A stretch of 64,000 nt of DNA. Source: an uncultured Actinomycetes bacterium. Lineage in GTDB: Bacteria; Actinomycetota; Actinomycetes; S36-B12; UBA5976. Of this stretch, positions 1-10,450 are shown in pieces (the first letter of the stretch is position 1; every line of letters begins with the position of its first letter). Position numbers and translations under genes: made by a program. Under the pieces are notes generated by a model that had not been told where the DNA came from, made no database searches, and worked only from the letters and a program-made list of their open reading frames with translations. The DNA lies in assembly GCA_903892635.1 (NCBI GenBank), contig CAITJH010000017.1, positions 50,909 through 114,908 on the forward strand. The letters run 5' to 3'.

Positions 1-958
1 TCGGAATATATTCGCCGAATGGAACTAGATGAGATTTTTCATAGCGCTGGCTTGGGCCTTCGTGTGGAAGCCACAGAATTCCAGAGTTATAGGGACCAAG
101 ATCAGCATCAGACACAGCAGCGCCAATGAGGATCGGAACATTGAGTTCGTCAACTACTTGCTGAATCTCATCAAACATCGCTCGGTGCGCAATGGGATCG
201 CCGTCTGCGGCATCCTCAGGCCACACAACAAAATCGACAGGAGATGCTTTTCCATTCTTTATATCGACCGCAAGCTTGTGAGTTTGCGCAATGTGATTAG
301 CAAAAACTCGATCGGCTTGAGCAACGGGATTCAGCCCTAGTCGAGGCACATTTCCTTGAATTACGGCAACGCGAATGGTGTCAGTCGTACTTGTGGAGTG
401 CAACGTCAGATTGCCAACGAGAACCACAATTGCCGTTAACGTTAACAATGCAAATGCGCGATGCACTACGGCTGCATAGAGTGCAAAGCCACACGCCACC
501 ACCATCGCAGTTGTCGCGACTTGTCCACCAAGTCGAGCGGCCCACATCAAAGGTCCATCAACTTGGCTATAGGCAAATAATCCCCAAGGAAAGCCACCCC
601 ATGGCACTGAACTGTGTACCCACTCGATGAGTACCACTACCCCACTGGCTCTTAACGCGGAAATCACAAAGGAATCATTCGGCTGATACAGAACAAATAA
701 CAACCACGGAAGGGCGCACACCACAACGAGAAACACAGTGGCATTCATGCCTACTACTGACAGCCAACTTAACAACGGTCCATACATGAATACCGCAAAA
801 GTCATTGCAGAAATAACACGCCACTTTCGCGAATCTTGACGTAGTGAAGCTATAAAAAGACTTATTGCAAGTAGTGCTAAGAACCACAAATGCGGACGAA
901 AAGAAAAAGCTGCTAAGAGTCCAGCGGCTGCTGTCAACAGCAGATGCTTCGTACGCAT
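1..958 (-). CDS. lnt: Apolipoprotein N-acyltransferase, N-terminal part only (ORF runs off the left edge of the window)
   Basis: Absent from the ORF track because there is no stop in the window. My minus-strand translation from ATG 958-956 gives MRTKHLLLTAAAGLLAAFSFRPHLWFLALLAISLF... It has several TM segments and VPWGGFPWG, then CN-hydrolase motifs IRVAVIQGNVP, DFVVWPEDA and YEKSHLVPFGEYIP. The + strand ORFs 29-340 and 391-630 are antisense shadows. Confidence 0.8.
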   Translation of the reverse strand, partial: MRTKHLLLTAAAGLLAAFSFRPHLWFLALLAISLFIASLRQDSRKWRVISAMTFAVFMYGPLLSWLSVVGMNATVFLVVVCALPWLLFVLYQPNDSFVISALRASGVVVLIEWVHSSVPWGGFPWGLFAYSQVDGPLMWAARLGGQVATTAMVVACGFALYAAVVHRAFALLTLTAIVVLVGNLTLHSTSTTDTIRVAVIQGNVPRLGLNPVAQADRVFANHIAQTHKLAVDIKNGKASPVDFVVWPEDAADGDPIAHRAMFDEIQQVVDELNVPILIGAAVSDADLGPYNSGILWLPHEGPSQRYEKSHLVPFGEYIP

Positions 959-964
959 ATCAGG

Positions 965-2053
965 TTAAAGGGACACGAGATCGCGAGACGTATTATTCGT
1001 GTTAGAAATTCCAGTGGAAGTACATGTCACGATGTCTTCGATACGTGCGCCATATTTATTTGGAATGTAAAAACCAGGCTCAATCGAAAACGCATGGCCC
1101 TCTTGAAGCGGCTTGAGATTTCCAGCAACGATGTACGGCTCTTCGTGCGTTTCAAGACCGATACCGTGTCCGGTTCGATGAATAAAGAATTCACCTAAAC
1201 CATGATCCTTAAGAATATTTCGAGCAACCATATCCACAGATTCACAAGTGACTCCTGGACGTGCATAGTCAACTGCAGCACGTTGGGCTTCTTGAAGCAC
1301 TGCGTAGTACTCCACATACTGTTTAGGTGCAGTGCCACATACATAAGTACGAGTCGAATCACTGCAATATCCACTGGGCATTGTGCCGCCGATGTCGACG
1401 ACGACAGGTTCATTGACGCCAATTACACGATCGGACACTTCATGATGAGGACTTGCGCCATTCGGCCCACTCGCGACAATGACAAAATCTACGGTTTCGT
1501 GTCCAGCCTTGAGTATTGCATCGGCAATATCGCGACCAACTTCGCGTTCAGTGCGACCAGGTCGCAACCACAAATGCATCTGCTCGTGAACTTCATCAAT
1601 GGCACGACCTGCCGCATGAAGTGCCGCGATTTCATCTGGAGTCTTAATTTCGCGAATGTCAGACAACACTGAATTAGCCAGGTGAACCTGCGATCCAATT
1701 ACTTCTTGTAGGTGCCATGCCTTTTCTACCCACATCAAGTTATTGACTAACGGATTAGAGACCTTTCCAAGAGCCGAAATGAGCTTGTCATATGGATTCT
1801 CGGTTTCGTTCCAATCAATAAGTTCAATTCCACTATCAGCCACGCGTGATGCTTCTGCCGCTGGTCGCTCGAGCGTTGGCACGATCATCACTGAACTACC
1901 ATCGGACTTCACCGCAAGGCACGTTAAGCGTTCGAGAGGAAGGGCTTGGTATCCAGTCAGATACTTCAAATCTGCACTTGGAGTAACGAATAAGAAATCA
2001 TTTCCGGACTGGCGCAATGATTCTGCGACACGTTGAATTCGTTGATTGAACAC
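965..2053 (-). CDS. M24 family Xaa-Pro dipeptidase/aminopeptidase (PepE/PepQ-like)
   Basis: 362 aa. Creatinase-like N-domain plus M24B metal-site motifs (VVVDIGG, HRTGHGIGLETHEEPYI, FSIEPGFY). GTG start lies 5 nt after the upstream stop. Sits beside the 5'-3' exonuclease, as pepE does in mycobacteria. Confidence 0.85.
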   Translation of the reverse strand: MFNQRIQRVAESLRQSGNDFLFVTPSADLKYLTGYQALPLERLTCLAVKSDGSSVMIVPTLERPAAEASRVADSGIELIDWNETENPYDKLISALGKVSNPLVNNLMWVEKAWHLQEVIGSQVHLANSVLSDIREIKTPDEIAALHAAGRAIDEVHEQMHLWLRPGRTEREVGRDIADAILKAGHETVDFVIVASGPNGASPHHEVSDRVIGVNEPVVVDIGGTMPSGYCSDSTRTYVCGTAPKQYVEYYAVLQEAQRAAVDYARPGVTCESVDMVARNILKDHGLGEFFIHRTGHGIGLETHEEPYIVAGNLKPLQEGHAFSIEPGFYIPNKYGARIEDIVTCTSTGISNTNNTSRDLVSL

Positions 2054-2058
2054 GTGTT

Positions 2059-2979
2059 CTACGTTAGCCGAATATTGAGCGTCTTGAGCAGTCTGGTCAC
2101 TTGCCGTTCAATTCCCCAGTCACCTATGAGAAACTCAAGATCTGCAGGATCCGCCACTTTCTTGGGAATCGCAAGTGACTTTGGAAGTTTCGCATCAGTT
2201 CTAGTGGTAACCACTTTTCTAGCCGCCTCGATGTATTCGCGATGGCTATTGATCTTGTCGATCACACCTTGCTTGATCGGAGCACTCTGAGAATCCACTG
2301 CTGCGATCAATCCAGCAATACTTCCAAACGTAGCCACCAATGAGGAAGCAGTCTTCTCCCCCACGCCTTTCACGCCGGGCAACCCATCCGATGCATCTCC
2401 GCGTAACGTGGCATAGTCCACATACTGACGGCCGGATACTCCAAACCGGTTAATGAGATAGTCATCAGTGATTACTTCAAGATTCTTGATTCCCTTAATG
2501 ATGGAGATCACCTGAACATCTGATTCATCATCAACTAATTGGAAGAGGTCTCGATCACCAGTCACGACAGCGGTTGCGCCAGGTCTCTGGTGCACCAATG
2601 AACCGAGAATGTCATCAGCTTCATGACCATCTTGTCCGATGCGCGGCAAACCAATGGCATCCAAAATATTGCGAATGGCATCAATCTGTGGTCCAAGCGT
2701 GTCTGGAACTACTTCTATTGCTTCGCCTTGTTCATCTTCTGCTCTATGAGTCTTGTAACTCGGAACAAGAGCCACGCGCCAAGCAGGACGCCAATCATCA
2801 TCCCAAGCGAATACAACTTCGTCTGGCGGGAATTGCGTTAATAATGTTGACACCATGTCGAGAAAACTGCGCACTGCACCGCTAGGTGTGCCATCAGGCG
2901 CAGTGATACTTTCCGGCACAGCGTAATAAGCACGATAGTAAAGAGTGGCCGTGTCGAAATAGATATGTCGATTTACCAT
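2059..2979 (-). CDS. 5'-3' exonuclease (FEN / Pol I N-terminal domain homologue)
   Basis: 306 aa. Motifs YYRAYYA, VFAWDD, VVTGDRDLFQLV and the H3TH motif LPGVKGVGEKTA. Overlaps the helY stop by 7 nt. Confidence 0.85.
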   Translation of the reverse strand: MVNRHIYFDTATLYYRAYYAVPESITAPDGTPSGAVRSFLDMVSTLLTQFPPDEVVFAWDDDWRPAWRVALVPSYKTHRAEDEQGEAIEVVPDTLGPQIDAIRNILDAIGLPRIGQDGHEADDILGSLVHQRPGATAVVTGDRDLFQLVDDESDVQVISIIKGIKNLEVITDDYLINRFGVSGRQYVDYATLRGDASDGLPGVKGVGEKTASSLVATFGSIAGLIAAVDSQSAPIKQGVIDKINSHREYIEAARKVVTTRTDAKLPKSLAIPKKVADPADLEFLIGDWGIERQVTRLLKTLNIRLT

Positions 2980-5663
2980 GCAACGATTCCTCGCTCCAAA
3001 CTATTCATTGCTTGACGTGCAGTTCGTGAAACTTGGTCATCATCTGTTGCCATACTAATTTGACTCAGCATGTCAATCACCATCTTTGTCCAACGAACAA
3101 AATCACCTGGCTGCAGATCGCTATTACGCAAAACTTTTGTTATCGCCTGACCTCTAGACCAACGCAACATTGGCCAAATGAAATTCACATCCATTTCAGG
3201 CAGATAGTCAGTTCGATGCTGGCTCTCAACATCTTTGATCTCGCCCCACAACCTAAACATCTCGTCAATAACCTCACCGAGAACACCTTCGGGAAGCGTT
3301 ATGTGTTCGCCATCGTCATCGCGACGCGATTCATAGACAAGCATGGAGGCTACCGCTGCAAGTTGATCAGGTTCGAGGTCCTTCCAAATTCCTGAGCTCA
3401 AGCACTCAGCAGCAAGCAAGTCCCGCTCACTGTAAATGCGACCAAGCACTTCACCTTGCGCTGTCACTTGGTGACCATCATCGGTACGCACGAGATAATT
3501 CAAATATGTCAACACGTCACAAATACGATCAAACTCACGAGTAATCGAACTAGTTCGCTGTTCTACCTTGGTCTCGAGCTTTCGAATTTCTCTGTCAGCT
3601 TCCCAGATCCGCTCGTACCATCGAGCGTGCTGTTCACGGTCGTTGCATCCATGGCAAGGATGAGCGCGAAGAGCTTTTCGAAGTCGAGAAATTTCAACAT
3701 CAGCCTGAGTGTGAACAGGATCATCTTTCTTTTCTGGCTTATCAGCACGCGCAGCAAACTTCTTCATCTGCTCAACTAGCCATGCTTTGCTTTTAGCGGC
3801 ACGCGAGTCGAATAACGGCGGAATTCGTACGACACCGACGATTCGACCACCATCGCTAAGTTCTCCATAACCAATGCGTTTAATTTCTTTATGAATCGAC
3901 ATCACACGAGGACGCGGATCCTCTGCATCTCTAGCTTCATCAAGTACAACATAAGGAACACTTGAGCGCCGGTGAGTATCAATGACAATGACGTCGCCAC
4001 GCGCAAGATCATTCAAGAAATTGATGTTCGCGAATCGACGTTCACGCACTCCATCTCGAGCGACTGCCTTTTCGAGAATCGACAATTCTTTTCGTAAGTC
4101 GAAATACTCTTCGAAATTTCCTAGATGACATTGCGTTGCTTCGGCATACCCTTCACGCGCCTCTTCGCTTCGACGAAGTTGTGTCGCCAAACCAACGACT
4201 GATTTATCGGCTTGAAATTGTGCAAAGGACGACTCAAGTAACTCGCGTGCCTTGTGAGTTCCGACCTTGCCAATCAAATTGATTGCCATGTTGTATGACG
4301 GTCGGAAGCTTGAACGTAAAGGATATGTACGAGTGCTTGCTAAACCTGCAAGCGCATTCGGATCCATTCCTTGATGCCACACAACGACCGCATGGCCTTG
4401 CGTGTCGATGCCACGACGGCCTGCACGCCCTGTCAACTGGGTGTACTCCCCTGGCGTAATGGGAGCGTGCACTGTTCCGTTCCATTTGGACAATTTCTCT
4501 AGTACAACACTTCGCGCCGGCATGTTGATTCCCAGAGCCAAAGTTTCGGTAGCAAAAACAACTTTGATCAAATTTTGCTGGAAAAGCTTCTCAACAACTT
4601 CCTTAAAAGCAGGCACGAGTCCCGCGTGGTGCGCCGCAATACCTCGCTCGAGTCCTTCTAGCCACGAGCTATATCCAAGAACACGAAGTTCCTCGACATC
4701 GGCATCAGCAAACGCTGCATCAACATGTCCGCGGATTCGTAAGACTTCATCACGCGTCGTCAAATGTAATCCTGAAGACAGGCACTGTTGAACTGCATCA
4801 TCACATGCAGCACGGGAAAAGATAAACGTAATACACGGCAACATATCATTTTTCGCCAGCTGCTCAATAACCGAGGCACGGTTAGGCGTGTATCGACTCA
4901 TGAATCGGCCGCGCCCTTGCGGGTTCGTGCGCTCGTTTCGAGCGATTCGGGCAAGTTCGGGATTGAGTTTCAGCAATCTCTCGTCAGTGAATAAGTCATA
5001 CATTTCTCGACCTGCAATGACGTGCTGATGCAGTGGTGTTGGTCGATGCTCTTCCACGACAATTTCGAGATTTCCGCGGACCGCTCGCAACCAGTCTCCA
5101 AATTCTTCGGCATTCGAGACTGTGGCAGACAATGCAACGACACGTACTTGTTGGGGTAAATGAATAATCACTTCTTCCCAAACTGCGCCTCGGGAGCGAT
5201 CTGCTAAATAATGAACCTCATCCATAACAACGTGACTTAAGTCGCGCAATCCTGACGAATTTTCATAAAGCATGTTTCGAAGGACTTCAGTTGTCATCAC
5301 GACAATCGGTGCATCTCCATTGATGTTGTTATCACCAGTCAACAGTCCAACACTTGATTCGCCAAACACTTCGCAGAATTCACGAAACTTCTGATTCGAC
5401 AGTGCCTTGATAGGAGTCGTGTAAAAACACCGAGTCTGTTTAGCAAGTGCGAAATAGGCAGCGAACTGCCCCACCATCGTCTTACCAGCACTCGTAGGCG
5501 CAGCAACTAGAACACTGTGACCTTCTTGGATGGCCTCAGCGCCAAGCACCTGGAATTCATCGAGTGGATAAGGCAATGCATCACGAAATTCTCCGAGCAA
5601 AGACTTCGACATTTCATTTCGTCGTTTCGCAGCGGCATAACGGGCGGCTGGCGAATCTTCCAT
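2973..5663 (-). CDS. helY: Ski2-like DEAD/DEAH-box RNA helicase HelY
   Basis: 896 aa. Walker A AAPTSAGKT, DEVH box (MDEVHYL), SATVSN, HHAG. Long C-terminal Ski2/DSHCT-like region. Conserved position next to tatC. Confidence 0.9.
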   Translation of the reverse strand: MEDSPAARYAAAKRRNEMSKSLLGEFRDALPYPLDEFQVLGAEAIQEGHSVLVAAPTSAGKTMVGQFAAYFALAKQTRCFYTTPIKALSNQKFREFCEVFGESSVGLLTGDNNINGDAPIVVMTTEVLRNMLYENSSGLRDLSHVVMDEVHYLADRSRGAVWEEVIIHLPQQVRVVALSATVSNAEEFGDWLRAVRGNLEIVVEEHRPTPLHQHVIAGREMYDLFTDERLLKLNPELARIARNERTNPQGRGRFMSRYTPNRASVIEQLAKNDMLPCITFIFSRAACDDAVQQCLSSGLHLTTRDEVLRIRGHVDAAFADADVEELRVLGYSSWLEGLERGIAAHHAGLVPAFKEVVEKLFQQNLIKVVFATETLALGINMPARSVVLEKLSKWNGTVHAPITPGEYTQLTGRAGRRGIDTQGHAVVVWHQGMDPNALAGLASTRTYPLRSSFRPSYNMAINLIGKVGTHKARELLESSFAQFQADKSVVGLATQLRRSEEAREGYAEATQCHLGNFEEYFDLRKELSILEKAVARDGVRERRFANINFLNDLARGDVIVIDTHRRSSVPYVVLDEARDAEDPRPRVMSIHKEIKRIGYGELSDGGRIVGVVRIPPLFDSRAAKSKAWLVEQMKKFAARADKPEKKDDPVHTQADVEISRLRKALRAHPCHGCNDREQHARWYERIWEADREIRKLETKVEQRTSSITREFDRICDVLTYLNYLVRTDDGHQVTAQGEVLGRIYSERDLLAAECLSSGIWKDLEPDQLAAVASMLVYESRRDDDGEHITLPEGVLGEVIDEMFRLWGEIKDVESQHRTDYLPEMDVNFIWPMLRWSRGQAITKVLRNSDLQPGDFVRWTKMVIDMLSQISMATDDDQVSRTARQAMNSLERGIVAW

Positions 5664-5686
5664 AGGTCAAGACTATGGCGCTTACA

Positions 5687-6553
5687 TCAAACTCTTGGCC
5701 GCCACACAGAAAGCCGCTGAGGCTGAACTGAGATTACGGCTGGACCCACCCCGACACGTTCACCATCGGCATAAATGGAGAAGCTGCCTCCTGACAAAGT
5801 CAGTGATGAAGTTTGATCCATCGTCACAGCAGGATGAGTGATGTGAGTTCCTCGAAAAACGCGAGGAAATACTCGAAGCAAAGTCATACGACTCACTGGC
5901 CCAACGCTCATGACGTCGAATAATGCGTCATCACACTTGGCATGAGGACACACTTTCATTCCTCCTCCATACGAGGACGTGTTACCAAGTGCTAACAAGG
6001 TAATTTCTCGATCCGCAACCTCATTGTTGTGCTCAATAGTCACTTCAATAGGGCTGAGATCCTTAAGCTCGCCCAACAGCGCTGCAACATATTTTGCAGT
6101 CCCTTGGGGTCCCCTATAACGATTGGCACGCTCATTGACCTGAGCATCAAAACCACACGACGCGATTCCAGCAAAATACCTAACTTCATCGTCGAGTTGA
6201 ATGTGGCCAATGTCAATCGTCTGTAGTCTGCCATTAAAGACTGCGGAGCGAGCCTGTTCGAGATTCGTAATTCCAAGATGTCGAGCAAAGTCATTTCCCG
6301 TACCCATAGGAAAAACGGCAAACTTAACTGGAAGTTCAACAGTCGCATTGAGCAAGAGGTGGACCGTTCCATCACCCCCACAAGCAACTACTGTGACGTT
6401 GTCTGTTTTTTCAAGAATTTCTTGAACTTCATTACGTATTGACTCCGCATTGTCGCCTTGCAACACTATTGCACCTTGCGACTGCCACTCGCGGATAAAT
6501 TTTGCTGAATTTCGCTTTTTCCACACCGCAGGCTTAACTAACAATGCGTACAT
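5687..6553 (-). CDS. Diacylglycerol kinase family lipid kinase
   Basis: 288 aa. DAGK catalytic motifs VVACGGDGTV and PMGTGNDFARHLG. Confidence 0.8.
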   Translation of the reverse strand: MYALLVKPAVWKKRNSAKFIREWQSQGAIVLQGDNAESIRNEVQEILEKTDNVTVVACGGDGTVHLLLNATVELPVKFAVFPMGTGNDFARHLGITNLEQARSAVFNGRLQTIDIGHIQLDDEVRYFAGIASCGFDAQVNERANRYRGPQGTAKYVAALLGELKDLSPIEVTIEHNNEVADREITLLALGNTSSYGGGMKVCPHAKCDDALFDVMSVGPVSRMTLLRVFPRVFRGTHITHPAVTMDQTSSLTLSGGSFSIYADGERVGVGPAVISVQPQRLSVWRPRV

Positions 6554-7359
6554 TACAAATCCAACGGCGATGCTTCGTCATCTGCCCACTGGTCAGTTCC
6601 AGTGTTCTGTGCACGCTTTGCGCGTCGCTTGTCATTAGCAAGTGCAATCGCTAATGCGGCGCACGTTAAACCAATCATGGGAACAGCAATAACAGTCATA
6701 CCAACTGGATCGCCATTTGGTGTTGCAATTGCACCAAACATAAAACTTCCCAAAATAATCCAGCGCCACGATGCCTTAATTCGCTGCCCGGTCAAAATGC
6801 CGGCAAAATTTAGCATGACAAGTAGCAATGGAAGCAAGAATCCAATTCCAAAAAAGACCACAACTTGCAAAAAGAAACTGATGTAACTTTCGACACTCGT
6901 TACGTTGGATACATCGTCAGGCGTAAATCCAAAAAGAACATTGAGCATTGTTGGCATGATGTGGTACGCCAAGGCAACACCAGCAGCAAATAGCGGGACA
7001 GCAACGCCAGTAAATATATATGCCCAGCGACGCTCGTGAATGTGCAACCCCGGTGCGATGAATTTCCACAATTGGTAGAGCCAGACTGGACTGGATACAA
7101 CTACAGCCGCAGCCAAGGTCACTCGAAGCTGCAAGTTAAATCCGCTAGTCACGCCAGGAAGTGCCAAAATTGCATTTGCATGGTGTGCATGAACAAGGTC
7201 ATAAGGGCGACGAATTACTGCGAAAAATTGTGGATAGAAATTCCACACAACTACAGCTGCAATCAAAATTGCAAGAGCACTGCGCACCAATCGCTTACGA
7301 AGCTCTTGAAGGTGCTCAGTGATCGACATGGCCGACGCTTGAGTCGTTGTAGCACTCAT
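6553..7359 (-). CDS. tatC: Twin-arginine translocase subunit TatC
   Basis: 268 aa polytopic membrane protein with a typical TatC N-terminus (HLQELRKRLVRS). Lies directly downstream of tatA. Confidence 0.9.
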   Translation of the reverse strand: MSATTTQASAMSITEHLQELRKRLVRSALAILIAAVVVWNFYPQFFAVIRRPYDLVHAHHANAILALPGVTSGFNLQLRVTLAAAVVVSSPVWLYQLWKFIAPGLHIHERRWAYIFTGVAVPLFAAGVALAYHIMPTMLNVLFGFTPDDVSNVTSVESYISFFLQVVVFFGIGFLLPLLLVMLNFAGILTGQRIKASWRWIILGSFMFGAIATPNGDPVGMTVIAVPMIGLTCAALAIALANDKRRAKRAQNTGTDQWADDEASPLDL

Positions 7360-7371
7360 TGTGCTGACAAA

Positions 7372-7560
7372 TTACTTTTGGTCGTCAGTTGACGTCTGTT
7401 CGGCTGTGCCTTCTTTAGCACCGGCATCCAATTCAGACTTAAAAATCCGAATAGATCGACCAACACTTCGAGCAGCATCAGGAAGACGTTTGGCACCAAA
7501 AAGCACAATCACAAGAAGGAGCAGAACTAATGCCATCGGTGAATCAAAAAGTGCTTTCAT
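7372..7560 (-). CDS. tatA: Twin-arginine translocase subunit TatA
   Basis: 62 aa. One N-terminal TM helix, then LFGAKRLPD and an amphipathic helix. GGAG RBS upstream of the ATG. Confidence 0.85.
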   Translation of the reverse strand: MKALFDSPMALVLLLLVIVLFGAKRLPDAARSVGRSIRIFKSELDAGAKEGTAEQTSTDDQK

Positions 7561-7609
7561 GACAACTCCTGTAGTCGAGGTGGTTCTAGCCTAACCTATG
7601 TTGAACTTA

Positions 7610-8509
7610 TTACTCGAGCCAACGACTTGCGGCAGAAACGACTAAATCTCTAGCCTCTTCGGGCGAAACTACTGTGATTGCACCGCCAGCAGACAACACC
7701 ACGCTAGCCAACCATTCGAGGTTCGCCACTTTGGTGCTGACTCGAATTCGACGCTCGTCTAACTCGTGAATCGATGAAACAGTATCGTTGTCGAAATCGC
7801 CAAGGAATTCTTTGTCCAGTTCCAGTATGACGTCAATCCACGAAGTTACATCGCGAACAAGCTCTTGATCATTAATGTCGACAACCTGCGGCAAGTCGCT
7901 CAATGACGCTCGCGCAATTCGATCAACTCGAAACGTTCTCATTGCTTCTGCCTCAGTGCACCAGGCACGAACGTAAGTCCGATCGTCACGCGTCAATAGC
8001 CGCTTCGGCTCGATGACACGTTGGGAAGCATTCAACGAACTACCAGACGCATAGGAAATTTCTACTTGGACTTCTGCGTCAATTGCCGACTTGAGAAGTT
8101 GAATGCAGTCATGCTCGCGAACATCCGTAACGATCGAAACCGTAGGCTCTGGATTTAGTGCAGCCGAAATCTTGTCAATAAGAATTGCCACTTCGGTCGA
8201 ATCTGCAAGTGCTGGCATTTGCTCGAGATATGTCAATCCCGCTAGTAACGCCGAAGCCTCTGCGCCCGTCAGTCGAACTGGACGATCAAACTTCTGGGCA
8301 TCCATCACATAAATGCCTTGGTCCGCACCAAAATGAACGTCAACAAGTTCTCCGCCGTACTGCCCTGGTCCGGTGTACTGCAACACATCGAGTAGACGAA
8401 GAACTTCCTTTGCTGAAATTCCAAATTCCTCAGCTACTGTCTCTGGGGGTACACCGGGGTGCGCGACTAACCACGGCAACATCCGGATCAAAAGTTCAAT
8501 GTGATTCAT
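7610..8509 (-). CDS. pafC: WYL-domain transcriptional regulator PafC
   Basis: 299 aa. N-terminal HTH and central WYL-type region (RTYVRAWC). 4-nt overlap with the preceding paralogue. Canonical position between pafB and tatA. Confidence 0.75.
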   Translation of the reverse strand: MNHIELLIRMLPWLVAHPGVPPETVAEEFGISAKEVLRLLDVLQYTGPGQYGGELVDVHFGADQGIYVMDAQKFDRPVRLTGAEASALLAGLTYLEQMPALADSTEVAILIDKISAALNPEPTVSIVTDVREHDCIQLLKSAIDAEVQVEISYASGSSLNASQRVIEPKRLLTRDDRTYVRAWCTEAEAMRTFRVDRIARASLSDLPQVVDINDQELVRDVTSWIDVILELDKEFLGDFDNDTVSSIHELDERRIRVSTKVANLEWLASVVLSAGGAITVVSPEEARDLVVSAASRWLE

Positions 8510-9456
8510 GAATTCACCGCGATAGCTTGGCGTATGTAGTTCGCGATGTCTGCATTAAGTTCACTTGGCGAGACTGATTGGACGTATTGACACACTGCTG
8601 CGACTTCGCGCAAGAGTCGACCTTTATGTCCAAATTCAATAGTGAGTTCATCGTAGGTGTCAGTAGATTCAACAGACTTAGCGCGTAGTCTCAAATTTGA
8701 GCAGGTTCCAGGATCAATCCGAACCACTGCAGTGCTTTTTGCCCCTGGGATTTCACTCCATGATTGCACTAGTTCCGCCAGATCCAAATCGTCAGGCATG
8801 TCGTGAACGCACGAACGATTAGTAACCGAGATCGCGCTGACTATTCGACTAAGTCGAAAAGTTCGTAATGCCTCTCGCTCTTCATCAAAACCAACGAGAT
8901 ACCACGCTCCACCAGTGAGAAGCAGTCTCCATGGTTCCACTACTCGATCACTAACAGTTTGGGAACTTTTACTTTCATAAGCGAAAGTCACAACACGCTT
9001 ATTAGTGATTGCGTCAAACAACTCTGCAACTTTGGTTTGACCTACGCCAATACGCATGTCAGGACCATCGTGCGGTCGAAGGGCCATTGAGCCCATTCGA
9101 TGGGCGGCTTCGCGCGCCACAGAGGTAAGTTGCTGATCTTCCCATGCTGACGCTGCCAAAGTGATCATCAAACGCTCGTCAGCGGTGAGTTTCAAATCAG
9201 GCAAAAGCCACGTTTTGCGATCTAGCCAGTAACCCTGAACATCGTCGTGTACGGCATCGAAGTTTTTCAACTCGATGGGTACACCCATGTCACGTAACGC
9301 ATCTTTATCGCGCTCGAACATACGTTGAAATGCTTCGTCACTGCCTTGGTCGTAGCCAGGAACACGTTGACGAATCTGTTCGCGGGTAATAGGCGTGCTC
9401 GCATTAAGCAAGACGAACAAGACATCCATCAAGCGTTCGGTGCGAGCTGCAGTCAT
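8506..9456 (-). CDS. pafB: WYL-domain transcriptional regulator PafB
   Basis: 316 aa. HTH (RLMDVLFVLLNASTPITREQI) plus WYL region (GAWYLVGFD). First of the pafB-pafC pair downstream of pafA. Confidence 0.75.
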   Translation of the reverse strand: MTAARTERLMDVLFVLLNASTPITREQIRQRVPGYDQGSDEAFQRMFERDKDALRDMGVPIELKNFDAVHDDVQGYWLDRKTWLLPDLKLTADERLMITLAASAWEDQQLTSVAREAAHRMGSMALRPHDGPDMRIGVGQTKVAELFDAITNKRVVTFAYESKSSQTVSDRVVEPWRLLLTGGAWYLVGFDEEREALRTFRLSRIVSAISVTNRSCVHDMPDDLDLAELVQSWSEIPGAKSTAVVRIDPGTCSNLRLRAKSVESTDTYDELTIEFGHKGRLLREVAAVCQYVQSVSPSELNADIANYIRQAIAVNS

Positions 9457-9458
9457 TG

Positions 9459-9818
9459 TTATCCGACAGCGAGCAAGTCAATAACGAAAATGAGGGTCTT
9501 GCCAGACAGTCGATGCCCTGCTCCGGCGGGTCCGTATGCCAAGTGTGGCGGAATGATGAGCTTGCGACGGCCACCGACAGCCATTCCCGGAATGCCCTCT
9601 TGCCAACCGGCAATCAAACCACGCAGCGGAAACTCAATGGACTCTCCACGATCCCACGACGAGTCAAACTGCTCGCCCGAATCAAACTCAACACCGAGAT
9701 AATGCACGGTGACTTTATCGCCAGGAGCAGCAACAGTACCGTCGCCAATCGTGATGTCTTCAATCACGAGTTCAGCAGGAGCTGGACCCTCGTGGAATTC
9801 AATTTCTGGTGCTTCCAT
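9459..9818 (-). CDS. FKBP-type peptidyl-prolyl cis-trans isomerase (cytosolic)
   Basis: 119 aa FKBP_C domain: VHYLGVEFDSGEQFDSSWDRGESIEFPLRGLIAGWQEGIPGMAVGGRRKLIIPPHLAYG. Confidence 0.9.
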   Translation of the reverse strand: MEAPEIEFHEGPAPAELVIEDITIGDGTVAAPGDKVTVHYLGVEFDSGEQFDSSWDRGESIEFPLRGLIAGWQEGIPGMAVGGRRKLIIPPHLAYGPAGAGHRLSGKTLIFVIDLLAVG

Positions 9819-9841
9819 TGTTCCTCTTTAGATGTTGATTG

Positions 9842-10450
9842 TTATTGAACGGACTGTAAATCGACGACGAATACCAAAGCTTCACCGACAGCAATACCAC
9901 TACCATCCGGAGGTGAGTCGCCGTATGCCTGCGATGCTGGAATAACCAGAACGCGTCGACCTCCTTCTTTCATTCCAACAAGTCCTTTTTGCCAACCGAC
10001 AATTACATTGTCCAAGGGAAAAGTGGCTGCTTCATTGCGTGCCCAAGAACTATCAAATTCCTTGCCCGACATTGCTCCGTAACCAACGTAATGGGCAGTC
10101 ACAGTTGAATGAGCTCCAACCGATTTACCGGTTCCAACTTTGACATCCTTAATGATCAACGTGGGCGAAGGCGTCTTCGTGACGTCAATTTTGACAGTCG
10201 GTTCACTGCCTAACTTCCCGCCGATTGTTGCAGGTCCAACTACCAGCCCACCGGCACTTGCAGTCTGTGACACCGTCGGAATCGGTGACGCAACAGCCGA
10301 ATCTGTTGGTAATGGTGTATCCGAGCTTGCTGGAACGTCCATTTCCGGTGACATTGCTGTCGCGCTCGGAACTGGCGATGTAGCGGTCTTTGCCGAGCCA
10401 CATCCGGCTAACATTCCAACAGCCACAAGGGCGATGATTACTTTACGCAT
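9842..10450 (-). CDS. FKBP-type peptidyl-prolyl isomerase, predicted lipoprotein
   Basis: 202 aa. Signal peptide with lipobox (VGMLAGCGS), an S/T/P-rich linker, then an FKBP_C domain ([34 protein letters not shown]). Confidence 0.85.
   Translation of the reverse strand: MRKVIIALVAVGMLAGCGSAKTATSPVPSATAMSPEMDVPASSDTPLPTDSAVASPIPTVSQTASAGGLVVGPATIGGKLGSEPTVKIDVTKTPSPTLIIKDVKVGTGKSVGAHSTVTAHYVGYGAMSGKEFDSSWARNEAATFPLDNVIVGWQKGLVGMKEGGRRVLVIPASQAYGDSPPDGSGIAVGEALVFVVDLQSVQ

Noticed and set aside
29-887. ORF-track entries 29-340 (+), 391-630 (+) and 675-887 (-)
   Set aside because: They lie within or antisense to a much longer open frame on the minus strand that translates to a convincing Lnt N-acyltransferase. 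Their own translations have no recognisable features.
9868-9891. Minus-strand TGTCGGTG motif about 65 nt upstream of the cytosolic FKBP gene, as a possible PafBC/RecA-NDp promoter
   Set aside because: The spacing is 9 nt and the hexamer is TATTCG, lacking the final T. The motif also lies inside the upstream FKBP coding sequence. That is not enough to call a promoter.
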